From Spongospora subterranea f. sp. subterranea (lineage: Eukaryota): DNA of 64,000 nucleotides. Location: assembly GCA_049724395.1 (NCBI GenBank), contig JAUGWO010000071.1, positions 1-64,000 of the forward strand, given 5' to 3'. Shown here in pieces: positions 26,801 through 39,934 of this stretch (position 1 is the first letter of the stretch; the number at the start of each line of letters is the position of its first letter). Both the position numbers and the translations under genes were made by a program. The notes beneath the pieces are model-generated. The model saw only the letters and a program-made list of their open reading frames with translations, ran no database searches and was not told where the DNA came from.

Positions 26801-29800
26801 TTGATAAAGTATGAGATGTAATGGGGAACATGTGATCACATATTGTCTTCTATTGATCATGTTGTTGATAAAGTATGAGATGTAATGGGGAACATGTGCA
26901 GTACTTCATTACATATTGTCTAATCTCTATTGATCATGTTGTTGATAAAGTATAAGATGTAATGGGGAACATGTGCCGTACTTCATTACATATTGTCTAA
27001 TCTCTATTGATCATGTTGTTGATAAAGTATGAGATGTAATGGGGAACATGTGCAGTACTTCATTACATATTGTCTAATCTCTATTGATCATGTTGTTGAT
27101 AAAGTATGAGATGTAATGGGGAACATGTGCAGTACTTCATTACATATTGTCTAATCTCTATTGATCATGTTGTTGATAAAGTATGAGATGTAATGGGGAA
27201 CATGTGCCAGTACTTCATTACATATTGTCTAATCTCTATTGATCATGTTGTTGATAAAGTATGAGATGTAATGGGGAACATGTGCCGTACTTCATTACAT
27301 ATTGTCTAATATCTATTGATCATGTTGTTGATAAAGTATAAGATGTAATGGGGAACATGTGCAGTACTTCATTACATATTGTCTAATATCTATTGATCAT
27401 GTTGTTGATAAAGTATGAGATGTAATGGGGAACATGTGCCGTACTTCAATTGTCTAATCTCTATTGATCATGTTGTTGATAAAGTATGAGATGTAATGGG
27501 GAACATGTGCAGTACTTCATTACTCTATTGATCATGTAATACATGTGCATTCATCTACATATTGTCTATTGATCATGTTGTTGATAAAGTATGAGATGTA
27601 ATGGGGAACATGTGCCGTACTTCATTACATATTGTCTAATATCTCTATTGATCATGTTGTTGATAAAGTATGAGATGTAATGGGGAACATGTGCCGTACT
27701 TCATTACATATTGTCTAATATCTATTGATCATGTTGTTGATAAAGTATAAGATGTAATGGGGAACATGTGCAGTACTTCATTACATATTGTCTAATATCT
27801 ATTGATCATGTTGTTGATAAAGTATAAGATGTAATGGGGAACATGTGCAGTACTTCATTACATATTGTCTAATCTCTATTGATCATGTTGTTGATAAAGT
27901 ATAAGATGTAATGGGGAACATGTGCAGTACTTCATTACATATTGTCTAATATCTATTGATCATGTTGTTGATAAAGTATGAGATGTAATGGGGAACATGT
28001 GCAGTACATATTGTCTAACTGTTCATTACAGTATTGTCTAATCTCTATTGATCATGTTGTTGATAAAGTATATGTAATGGGGAACATGTGCCGTACTTCA
28101 TACTTTACATATTGTCTAATCTCTATTGATCATGTTGTTGATAAAGTATGAGATTGTAATGGGGCACATGTACCCCATTACATTCATACTTTATCAACAA
28201 CATGATCATGTTAGAGATTAGACAATATGTAATGGGGCACATGTGCAGTATTACATTTACATACTTTATCTAATCAACATGATCAATAAGATTAGACAAT
28301 ATGTAATGAAGTACGGCACATGTCCCCATTACATCTCATACTTTATCAACAACATGATCAATAGAGATTAGACAATATGTAATGAAGTACGGCACATGTC
28401 ACCCATTACATCTCATACTTTATCAACAACATGATCAATACGGCACATGTCACCCATTACAGATTAGACATTATGTAATGAAGTACGGCACATGTACCCA
28501 TTACATCTCATACTTTATCAACAACATGATCAATAGAGATTAGACAATATGTAATGAAGTACGGCACATGTCACCCATTACCTCATACATTACATCTCAT
28601 ACTTTATCAACAACATGATCAATGTAGAGATTAGACAATATGTAATGAAGTACGGCACATGTCACCCATTACATCTCATACTTTATCAACAACATGATCA
28701 ATAGAGATTAGACAATATGTAATGAAGTACGGCACATGTCACCCATTACATCTCATACTTTATCAACAACATGATCAATTAAGATTAGACAATATGTAAT
28801 GAAGTACGGCACATGTCACCCATTACATCTCATGTACTTTATCAACAACATCAATAGAGATTAGACAATATGTAATGAAGTACGGCACATGTCACCCATT
28901 ACATCTCATACTTTATCAACAACATGATCATGAGATTAGACAATATGTAATGAATACGGCACATGTCACCCATTACATCTCATACTTTATCAACAACATG
29001 ATCAATAGAGATTGTAATGAAGTACGGCACATGTCATTACCCATTACATCTCATACTTTATCAACAACATGATCAATTACATCTCATACTTTAGACAAAT
29101 AGAGATGTCACCCACTTTATATGTAATGAAGTACGGCACATGTCACCCATTACATCTCATACTTTATCAACAACATGATCAATAGAGATTAGACAATATG
29201 TAATGAAGTACGGCACATGTCACCCATTACATCTCATACTTTATCAACAACATGATCAATGAGATTAGACAATATGTAATGAAGTACGGCACATGTCACC
29301 CATTACATCTCATACTTTATCAACAACATGATCAATTAGAGATTAGACAATATGTAATGAAGTACGGCACATGTACCCCATTACATCTCATACTTTATCA
29401 ACAACATGATCAATAGAGATTAGACAATATGTAATGAAGTACGGCACATGTCACCCATTACATCTCATACTTTATCAACAACATGATCAATAGAGATTAG
29501 ACAATATGTAATGAAGTATCATACTTTATCAAAGTACAATATGGCACATGTCACCCATTACATCTCATACTTTATCAACAACATGATCAATAGAGATTAG
29601 ACACATGATAGAGATTGTAATGAAGTACGGCACATGTCACCCATTACATCTCATACTTTATCAACAACATGATCAATAGAGATTAGACAATATGTAATGA
29701 AGTACGGCACATGTCACCCATTACATCTCATACTTTATCAACAACATGATCAATTAAGATTAGACAATATGTAATGAAGTACGGCACATGTCCCCATTAC

Positions 29801-31961
29801 ATCTCATACTTTATCAACAACATGATCAATAGAGATTAGACAGACAATATGTAATGAAGTACGGCACATGTCACCCATTACATCTCATACTTTATCAACA
29901 ACATGATATATGTAATGAAGTACGGCACATGTCACCCCATTACATCTCATACTTTATCAACAACATGATCAATAGAGATTAGACATGAAGTACGGCACAT
30001 GTCACCCATTATGTAATGAAGTACGGCACATGTCACCCATTACATCTCATACTTTATCAACAACATGATCAATAGAGATTAGACAATATGTAATGAAGTA
30101 CGGCACATGTCACCCCATTACATCTCATACTTTATCAACAACATGATCAATAGAGATTAGACAATATGTAATGAAGTACGGCACATGTCACCCATTACAT
30201 CTCATACTTTATCAACAACATGATCAATAGAGATTAGACAATATGTAATGAAGTACGGCACATGTCACCCATTACATCTCATACTTTATCAACAACATGA
30301 TCAATAGAGATTAGACAATATGTAATGAAGTACGGCACATGTTCCCCATTACATCTCATACTTTATCAACCATGATCATTAGACAATATGTAATGAAGTA
30401 CGGCACATGTTCCCCATTACATCTCATACTTTATCAACAACATGATCAATAGAGATTAGACAATATGTAATGAAGTACGGCACATGTCACCCATTACATC
30501 TCATACTTTATCAACAACATGATCAATAGAGATTAGACAATATGTAATGAAGTACGGCACATGTCCCCATTACATCTCATACTTTATCAACAACATGATC
30601 AATAGAGATTAGACAATATGTAATGAAGTACGGCACATGTCCCCATTACATCTCATACTTTATCAACAACATGATCAATAGAGATTAGACAATATGTAAT
30701 GAAGTACGGCACATGTCCCCATTACATCTCATACTTTATCAACAACATGATCAATAGAGATTAGACAATATGTAATGAAGTACGGCACATGTCCCCATTA
30801 CATCTCATACTTTATCAACAACATGATCAATAGAGATTAGACAATATGTAATGAAGTACGGCACATGTCACCCATTACATCTCATACTTTATCAACAACA
30901 TGATCAATCAAGATTAGACAATATGTAATGAAGTACGGCACATGTCCCCATTACATCTCATACTTTATCAACAACATGATCAATAGAGATTAGACAATAT
31001 GTAATGAAGTACGGCACATGTCCCCATTACATCTCATACTTTATCAACAACATGATCAATAGAGATTAGACAATATGTAATGAAGTACGGCACATGTCAC
31101 CCATTACATCTCATACTTTATCAACAACATGATCAATAGAGATTAGACAATATGTAATGAAGTACGGCACATGTCACCCATTACATCTCATACTTTATCA
31201 ACAACATGATCAATATTAGACCCCATTACATTCTCATACTTTATCAACAACATGATCAATAGAGATTAGACAATATGTAATGAAGTACGGCACATGTACC
31301 CATTACATCTCATACTTTATCAACAACATGATCAATAGATATTAGACAATATGTAATGAAGTACTGCACATGTTCCCCATTACATCTCATACTTTATCAA
31401 CAACATGATCAATAGATATTAGACAATATGTAATGAAGTACGGCACATGTTCCCCATTACATCTCATACTTTATCAACAACATGATCAATAGATATTAGA
31501 CAATATGTAATGAAGTACGGCACATGTTCCCCATTACATCTCATACTTTATCAACAACATGATCAATAGAGATTAGACAATATGTAATGAAGTACGGCAC
31601 ATGTTCCCCATTACATCTCATACTTTATCAACAACATGATCAATAGAGATTAGACAATATGTAATGAAGTACGGCATATGTTCCCCATTACATCTCATAC
31701 TTTATCAACAACATGATCAATAGATATTAGACAATATGTAATGAAGTACGGCACATGTTCCCCATTACATCTCATACTTTATCAACAACATGATCAATAG
31801 ATATTAGACAATATGTAATGAAGTACTGCACATGTTCCCCATTACATCTCATACTTTATCAACAACATGATCAATAGATATTAGACAATATGTAATGAAG
31901 TACTGCACATGTTCCCCATTACATCTCATACTTTATCAACAACATGATCAATAGAGATTAG
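23888..31961. repeat. 77-bp satellite array (~105 units) arranged as a giant palindrome centred at ~28168
   Basis: Unit TCTATTGATCATGTTGTTGATAAAGTATGAGATGTAATGGGGAACATGTGCCGTACTTCATTACATATTGTCTAATA. About 55 units forward (23888-28168), then about 49 units reverse complement. Confidence 0.98.
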
Positions 31962-32729
31962 TAACATGTGATACGTGATCCTGACGGAGGTCCCATCATG
32001 ATCAATGTCTCACCTATCAATTGGGAATATCCTGGATTGCCCATCTTCAAACTGGCCTACACCAGTTTCAAGTTGCTCGCTAATTTTACAAACAAATATA
32101 GTCGGATTCTGCGTCAATTTGCCTATCTACGATCACAAAAAATATCCATGTATCAGTTAAATTGTCGAACCTTTGTCGAGTTCAGTGTCCGTCTTGGTTG
32201 ACATACAAAATCGCATATTTCGCCATGAATTACGCAATGAAAAAAAATTCAAAAAATATCATTTCGGCACTCTTACATCTGGATTTCAGGCATGCAGCTG
32301 ACGCAACTTAAAGCAAACAAATCGGATGAAAAATGACCTTAACTTGGCGAATTACTGTTTTTCGATAGGTTTTTATGGGACGGAGGGAGGATTATATCAA
32401 AACAGTTCATAACAGGTCAATCAAACTGTGATATTTCGGCACGACGAGGCGAGCCGAGCCGAGTTTATCTTTTATGTATTTCTAAAAAATAAATCATATT
32501 CCTCTCAACTTTTATCCAAACTCAAATTTCAACTTACCATTTCATTCATCATTCAAAAACATTCATTTTATCTTTTTGAAAGATGAAGTAAAGATGAAAT
32601 GAACATTCAAGAAATCATTTAAGAAATATGAAATGAAACATTCAAGAAATCATTTTTGACACTTGAATGAAAGTTTATTAAAATTTTTGATACCTACAGC
32701 CAATCCCCCCATTCCGCGTTAAGTTTCAA

Positions 32730-33182
32730 TTATTGTAAATGCTCCTTGAATAAAGTGATGAGTTCAGTCATCATCATAATAAGCTTGTCAATCTTATCTT
32801 CATTCTTATCATCCTTTCCTTGGCTTTCGTTTAAAAGTTCCTCAATTTTCTTATCATAATCTGCTTCTTGTTTTCCGTTTATTTGACTTGTAATTTCTTC
32901 AACACGAACTGATGAACTTGATGGCGTCATTGGAACATATATATTAATTGGTTCTTGTCTGATTATTTGATTATCTTCTTCTGGATGAGGCGATACAGAT
33001 ATTTCGGCAAATCGTTCATTAGTGGATATCATCGCTTCATCATCTTTCTTTTTGCACCTTAACTCTATCTGTATTTGACTTTTTTTCTCGTTGGCGTCTC
33101 GTATAGAAAGATGGAAGTTGTCTGGGTCCTTGATGAACTCTTTAACAACCATTTCCCACTCTTTAAATTTATTATCAATCAT
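32730..33182 (-). CDS. AT-rich hypothetical protein (K/E/D/I-rich), probably native to the Polinton-like element
   Basis: 150-aa intronless ORF with AT-rich codons unlike the host genes. Its stop abuts the left TIR. Confidence 0.5.
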   Translation of the reverse strand: MIDNKFKEWEMVVKEFIKDPDNFHLSIRDANEKKSQIQIELRCKKKDDEAMISTNERFAEISVSPHPEEDNQIIRQEPINIYVPMTPSSSSVRVEEITSQINGKQEADYDKKIEELLNESQGKDDKNEDKIDKLIMMMTELITLFKEHLQ

Positions 33183-33580
33183 TCCTAGTTCCCTTTCGGT
33201 TGGATTTGCGCTTATTTTCGCTTGTTATTCTCACGCCATATCATCTTCTTTCTCAGCGGCATATCACTTATTTTAAACAAATTGATTAATAAAAATGGTT
33301 CCTCCTCAATCCACGGCGGAACCTACAACAAGACCTTAAAAATATTAACACGATCCAAATATCAAATCCAATTTACCGATAAAACGCCATTATATTTCAA
33401 TTTCTGACCTCGGATATTAGTACCCTTATTAGGATAAGGGTACTAATATAAGGAGTACCTCATTAATCCGCCCTCATCGTCATCGTTTCCATAATGCTGT
33501 TTGAATTCAGTATTAAAATCATCGTATTTCATCAACATCACCAATAACATATATACACTTGGGACGCCTTGTGTGGATTA

Positions 33581-34099
33581 CCGTAGGAAACAAAACAAAT
33601 TCAGAATGAAATTGCCGTGAGTCGGTTTTCAATAATTATCTTGAAAGCACCTTCCCACTTACTCGACGTCGCCAATCGAAACATCTTGGCCAACCTCCTC
33701 GCCATATCCCAACCTGGCGCTTCATAATGTCTAAACGAGCAATTACTGCCATGGAATGTGATGTATGCTGCCACGCGGAACTACCTACCACTTCGTGGTA
33801 ACCGCACGCGCATCGCCGCGCAACAGCGTAGATCCGACACATCACCGCGTTGGCGATTGGAAAGACCAACAGCAAATATCACTATCAGAGAACTGGAAAG
33901 AGCAGTTAACAAAGCCACAGCAAATCTGCTGGAGGAATAGACGGAATCCCCAACAGTCCCAACGCGGTGATGTGTCGGATCTACGCTGTTGCGCGGCGAT
34001 GCGCGTGCGGTTACCACGAAGTGGTAGGTAGTTCCGCGTGGCAGCATACATCACATTCCATGGCAGTAATTGCTCGTTTAGTTGTTTTGTTTCCTACGG
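33581..34099. mobile_element. Tc1/mariner/pogo-type non-autonomous element (519 bp) containing a LINE fragment
   Basis: 18-bp TIR CCGTAGGAAACAAAACAA with TA on both sides. The interior encodes ITIRELERAV / SKSAGGIDGIP (LINE RT pre-motif). An orphan third TIR copy sits at 34489. Confidence 0.85.
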
Positions 34100-34557
34100 T
34101 AACTTACGAATTACATGGAGTCGAATCAGAATAAAATAATTTGGGTAATCAGCAATCCGTTTAAATAACATCTATAATCTACTTATATTTTACGCTTTAA
34201 CTATCTACTACTGTAGTAAAAATATTTTTAAATTGGGCAGCATTTCAGTATGTTTATTATTTGATAAGGCATAATCCATAGAAATTACGAGCAACATTTA
34301 GGTGAACATATTAATGATTGGAGGAAGTAGTGAATGATTTGGAAAAACTATGGATGGTAGAGAACTGGTAGAGAACGAGTAGAAGTCATCGGTAGAGTAC
34401 TGGTAGAAAATTGTGGTAGAGAACGGGTAGAATTAGCAGAGCACGAACGGGAGCGGACAAAATGAGGGGGTAGAACTAGAGCAACATACCGTAGGAAACA
34501 AAACATCTACACAAGGTTAATATCTACACATGGGATAAGTACACCAACACATTTGAG

Positions 34558-35555
34558 TAGAGATGCGGAGTCGACTTAATGACTCGACTCGACTCCAAGT
34601 TTTGCTGAGTCGACTCAATTCCAAGTCATTTTGAAAGTCTGCCTATCGTTCAACCATAATGATAAATTTTAATTAGAGTTTAATTTTCAGCCACGACTGT
34701 AACTCGCAGACTGCCGAAATGCAGTCATCTCCGAGGCGTGCGCGCCTCTTCGATACGGTTGTGCCCGCTCTTAAAAAAGCCTGTTCACTAGGAACCGACC
34801 TGGACATGATGGCCAAATAATCTTTGGCCATCAATGACACTCTTGGATACATAAAACCATTGAGTTTGAACCAAAGCAAAACGTCTCGACTGGACTGCTC
34901 GATTGACATGTTCGTATGGGCAATCCAGCGTTCCAATTCCCGTGCAAACGACTCTGAACTGTTGTCGGACGTGCGCTGACTCTGCGTCGTTAGAGATAGA
35001 GCTTCAATGAGCTTGCTCTTCTTCTTTGCAGGCACTTCTAAAGAAGAGCATCCGTCGAGTCCGTTTTCATTGTCGACCCTGGACACTATTCGCCAAAACT
35101 TGAAACAATCTCATTAGTTGTCGTTAGATCTGCTAACCTATTCATGTACGTTGTCGTATATATGAACTTCACGAGAGCCTTCGCATCGTCAACATCAATA
35201 CCACAATTGGCTAAACTGCCTTTTACCCTGGGATCGAGCAATGCGGAAATCACCGAATGATCATTGACCATAAGATCTTGGTATTGTGCGAGCTTGGCTT
35301 GAATCTACAGCGAAAGCTTTTGCATGCTGTGAACGGAATCCATTTGGTGATGCAACGGTTTGATTGACGTGCTGCTGGATGTGAAAGAAGACTGGGACAG
35401 CCAGCCCAAGGGTTGGATAGGTTGAGGCGGACATCAACTCTGTTGCATCTTTGAACGGATCGAGAAAAGAGCAAAAGTCCTTGATGGCGTTTTACGATAT
35501 GTTATCGATGGGCCTAGCCAGGAAATCTGATGGCCCAATAGTGAAAGCTGCCCTT
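34558..35555 (-). pseudogene. hAT transposon 3' remnant (dimerisation domain plus terminus)
   Basis: FL.PFKDAT..MS...YPT, ALLDPR.K, L.WFK.N...YP..S.MAKDYL..S.SVPSEQAF..AG. Terminus TAGAGATG at 34558 with GACTC subterminal repeats. Confidence 0.85.
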
Positions 35556-36664
35556 CATAGTTTGCGGTCGTAGATTTCCTTGAGCCCACTCACGTAAGTG
35601 ATACCTAACCCCTCGGTATGGCGTCATGCAGTATGGTCGCAAAGCATATCCTGCATCTCCAAGGTAATACTTTCCAGGTGGGATTTCGAAACCACGTAAC
35701 ATGGCGTTTGACAAAACGCCTGCATCAGCTGCTGAGCCTTCCCATCCAGCTAGAATGTACGTAAATCGCATATCGAAAGAGCAGGCAGCAAGAACATTCT
35801 GGCTGTAAAATCCTTTTCGATTGCGGAACGGTTTTGAGTGTCCTGACGGAGGTGTTGCTGGAATGTGTGTGCCATCAAAAGCACCGATGCAATCCTTGAA
35901 CCAGGGATACATTTTTCCGTCAGCTAAAATCTCTGAGGGAATTACAGTGTGGTCTGGCAATTTGATGTTGGTTTTGGCCAGCCCAACAAGCGCAATCAAC
36001 ACGTCATTGAAGCACCTGGTGACGATAATGTTAACAGAGTCATTTGAAACATTCGCACTACCAACTTTGTAATTGTCCAACCACTACGTTGGAAGCGCTC
36101 TTGGGTTTGGCGGTTTGATGCTCTTTGGCCAACAATAAATAAGAAGATCGCCAGCTTCTCGTCAACGTCGACGTATCTGCTGGGATGAATGAGGTCTTGT
36201 ATAAGCAAAACATTTTTAAGATGTTCAAAAGTTTCCCGTTCCATTCGCATGTTTTCGCGAAACCTTCGTCTATTTCCATGCAGAAGCTCTTTCATCCAGG
36301 CGTCGCCTGACAAGGACGATGTCCTGCAAGGTTCTTTCATACAAAAAGTCACAGAGTACCACAAGCATATCAAAAGAAACACGACGTCAACAGGAGAAGA
36401 CATGATATAAATTGATGCTTAATACACCACGCAGAATTCCGACAATTTGAAAACGGCGCCCAAACGGAGCTCAGAGCTCCGTTTTCAAAATGGCGTTACA
36501 AGAGTTGGTACAGTCTAGGTGGCCCTAACGGCGTTACGAAAAATAACTCCGTTTGTTGCCAGACGCCACGGATTTTATTTTGTAACGTCGTTAGGGGAGA
36601 TAACGGCGTTTTGGACACCGTAACGGCGTTACAAGCTCCGTTAGCGTGGTTACCAGACGCGCCC
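35556..36664 (-). mobile_element. 3'-truncated PIF (ALP1/plant-PIF-like) transposon
   Basis: Transposase 36403 to ~35560 with one intron: CRTS.L.G..W..ELL.G, EKLAIFL, CIGAFDGTHI, RNRKG..SQNVLAAC.FD, GWEGSA.D, YYLGDAGY..PYRGVRYHL.EW. 5' TIR GGGCGCGTCTGG with TAA flank at 36664-36667 and TAACGGCGTT subterminal repeats. Confidence 0.9.
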
Positions 36665-36777
36665 TTATTGACTGCATACCAACCCTATATATAGCTATAC
36701 CTGGTTGGAGTTGACTCGAGTCGACTAAACTCGTGAGTCACGCAAGTCTGATTTGAGGTCAAACAGTCGTTTATATC

Positions 36778-39153
36778 TAGGGGTGGGCACAAGTCGGTCA
36801 ATGGTTAACCGGTCCCAAAAAAACACCGGACCGGTTAACCAGTTAATTAACCGGTTAACCAACCAGTTAACCGGTTAATTTAAAATTTAACGACAAACTC
36901 CATAAATATATTTATTTAATCAAACTTGCCGATCAAACGGTTCCACGACCGTAATTTCATCATCACCGTTATGTTCTCGTCAGATAACATTGTGCGATCG
37001 GCACTAACAAAATCACCAGAATCAGAGAAGGCTGATTCCGAAGCGACAGACGACCCCATTATCATCAGAGTATCACGAGCCAGAAGGCTTAGCTTCGGGA
37101 AGCGCCCAGTCTGCTGCTTCCACCACGCGACTGGACATTTACACGACTTATCGGCCTTCAAAGTCATGAAGCAGAAGTCTTCCACTTCATCCGTGACAAC
37201 GTCCTGCTGTGGGTCCGACAGGGAAGCAAACAGATTGAATGCTGTTGAGTCCATGTCCTCCTGCTGAACAGGCAAATAACCATAATCAGTAGCTAAGATT
37301 TCTCGGATTAATCGCTTCGTTTCCTCAGACGCATCAGAGCTGCTTCGTCTTGGATCCAAGAACAAAGCGATGGTAGCCGTGTTGTTGTTCAGGTTCCCGG
37401 AATACTTCTCAAGCTTGTATAGCATCGCCTCTGCCGCAGCTTTAACTTTGGGGGTTGTGAACCCTGTAGTTGTAGTGCCTGAAATGGTAGACTCACATAG
37501 GCTTTTTAGATGTGAGTAGATCAATGGCTGCATGGCAAGCGTGACGAAATTTTGACCACTTGCAGCCTTTGTGCACTGATACGCCGAAGACAGGAAATCT
37601 TTGCAGGATTTGAGAATGCGCCAATCCATGTCTGACAATTTCAACGGCCCAAGCTTGTCCAGGAACTCCTCTTGATTGCAGATAGCCTCCAAAATGTCTT
37701 TATTCTTGAAGGAATCTTCAACCATCAAGAACATAGAGTTCCATCTAGTTTCGACATCTAGATTCGGCACAACTTGCTTTGTTGCCCGACCAAGCACTAC
37801 ACTGAGATCAGCATATTTTTGACGGATCATCCCTGAACCTCGAACCATCTTCAGCAGATCTCGGAGCAATGAAACCTCACGTTTGATTAGCGCAGTCGCG
37901 TCAACAACAGCTCGGTTTATCACATGGCAAACACAGCGCATATGAAAGTCGATTGTACTGCAGAAATTTAACGCCAACTCACGCTGGAGATAGGAGTGAA
38001 CAAGTTTGATGGCTGGAACCATCTCGCCACCACTATCCGACGTGATCGCGCGAACTTTTGTATGGATATTAAATTCCTTCAAAATCGTGATTATCAAGTC
38101 ACTTGTGGTATGCTGGTTATGAGGACGAGGAAAATATTTAAATTCCAACACAGCATTTTTTCAAGCACCATCTTTCGTCTATCCAGTGCATTGTGATAAC
38201 CAAATACCCCTTCATGACTCTTGAAGACCATCCATCTAACGTGAGTGCTACTTGGCCAGGAATGCGCTCGATTTGTAACAAAAAGCTTTGCAGGGCTCTT
38301 GCATATTCGTCATGCAAGGACCTCACGAAAGTACGACGGCTAGGCAAGATAAATCTGCGGTTCATTTTGCTGCAGAAGATTGCAAACGACTTGGACTCAA
38401 CCAAACGGAAGGGTTGCTTGTTATCAACAACAAACTCCACCAAAGATTTCAGCAGTTCCGCCTTCTTTTCATCATCCATCGCCAGAGGATCCACCACATT
38501 ACCAGTTACATCCAGAGTACTCTGGTTGGGATCTCCTGTTTTGCCATCTTGCTTGAGTTTGTGGGCGACCTCAAGATGACGTTTAAGCGAGCTATTTCCG
38601 GTTCTGATAGAATAGATCTTTCGCTTTTTGCTGGAACACTGAGAGCAGATGATGCCAGTATCGCGTTTTTCAAAATAATTCCAAATCCAAGAAGAGTTGG
38701 CAGATAATTTGCGCTTACGACCACAGTTGGTAACCTTTGAAGTTACTGTTTGCGATGGAACAGTAATAGCACCATCAGTGGGCAAAGTCCCCAAATCTGA
38801 ATTGGAAGAACAGCTACTACGATCGAGGGAATAGGAATCACTCATTATTGAAGCAAGGCAGTTGAACGATATACAGTAGACAAAATTAATTGAAAAATGG
38901 TGTGTATTGACTAGTGATTGCCGATTGCTAATTGCGAGGTCAGAAAAATGCCGTACGAAAGTTTTAACGATATTAGGGGTGACCTACATAGTCTGAATAA
39001 GGCGTTGGGTTCAGAAAATCCAACTTCTATTTTTGCAAGATTTGACCGGTTAACCGGGCGGTTAACCGGTTACAAAAAAAGCGTTAACCGGTTAACCGGG
39101 ACCGTAGGTTAACCGGTTAACTCCGGACTTTAACCGAAATGTGCCCACCCCTA
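36778..39153 (-). mobile_element. Full-length hAT transposon (2376 bp)
   Basis: 14-bp TIR TAGGGGTGGGCACA, perfect 8-bp TSD TTTATATC (36770-36777, 39154-39161), many GGTTAACC subterminal palindromes at both ends. Confidence 0.97.
36916..38845 (-). CDS. hAT transposase (BED finger, DDE, dimerisation domain) with one homopolymer frameshift
   Basis: WIWNYF..C..C..LKRHL..H, TLDGW, ITSDSG, RCVCH, ETRWNS, FLDPR, SESAFS. Removing one base from T6 at 38156-38161 fuses the two ORFs (WCLKNAVLEFKYF). Confidence 0.95.
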
Positions 39154-39196
39154 TTTATATCTACACAAGCACCGGAAAGATGAGTGGGCTGCGCGC

Positions 39197-39934
39197 TGAA
39201 TTTCGCGTAAAGCTGTGGCTACCGGAAATACTGGTCTATGCGACTCCATAAGGGCGAAAATGTCATTGGGATGGGAAGTGGCATGGCCGGCCACATCGGC
39301 GCGGGTTGCCTGAGTAGATGACGTATCTAAAAGGAACACGGGAACCGTGTCTTGTTCCTTTCTTTTTTGAGGAACCACAATTTTCTTTTGCATTGACGAT
39401 CGAAGACAATGAGCTGACTGTATTGATGATTGGCAGGGTGTGAACGTTGCGGAAGTATGGTGCGGATTCGGCCGCCTGACTTGACTGACCAAAGCCGATG
39501 ATAAATCTGGAAGATGTTGCTTTAATTCCTCCAGCATCATCGATATTAATTTCTGTATTGTTAACGGCACACCATGGTCTTGTGCAATATCAAGTCAGGA
39601 GGCCGAATCCGCACCACACTTCCGCCACCTGACCATTGACCAAAACCACTTTTTGCGACGGACTTTCAGTCAAACCAAGTCGCAACGTTCACACCCTGCC
39701 AATCATCAATACAGTCAGCTCATTGTCTTCGACCGTCAATGCAAAAGAAAATTGTGGTTCCTCAAAAGGGAAAGGAACAAGATACGGTTCCCGTGTTCCT
39801 GTTGGATACGTCATCTACTCAGGCAACCCGCGCCGATGTGGCCGGCCATGCCACTTCCCATCCCAATGACATTTTCGCCCTTATGGAGTCGCATAGACCA
39901 GTATTTCCGGTAGCCACAGCTTACGCGAAATTCA
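39197..39934. repeat. Inverted duplication (39197-39484 / 39590-39934; right arm has a ~55-bp insert)
   Basis: The near-identical peptides in ORFs 39151-39570(-) and 39739-40206(+) reflect reverse-complement DNA identity. Confidence 0.93.

Larger units (their letters stand above)
20713..32389. mobile_element. Stowaway/mariner-type TIR pair bracketing 11.7 kb of cargo
   Basis: 39-bp perfect TIR CTCCCTCCGTCCCATAAAAACCTATCGAAAAACAGTAAT at 20713-20751 (preceded by TA) and reverse complement at 32351-32389 (followed by GA). CTCCCTCCGT is the classic Stowaway/plant-mariner terminus. Confidence 0.75.

Noticed and set aside
23888..31961. CRISPR-like array
   Set aside because: Units are contiguous with no unique spacers, there are no cas genes, and the context is eukaryotic. 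The ORF at 28875-29072 is a repeat artefact.
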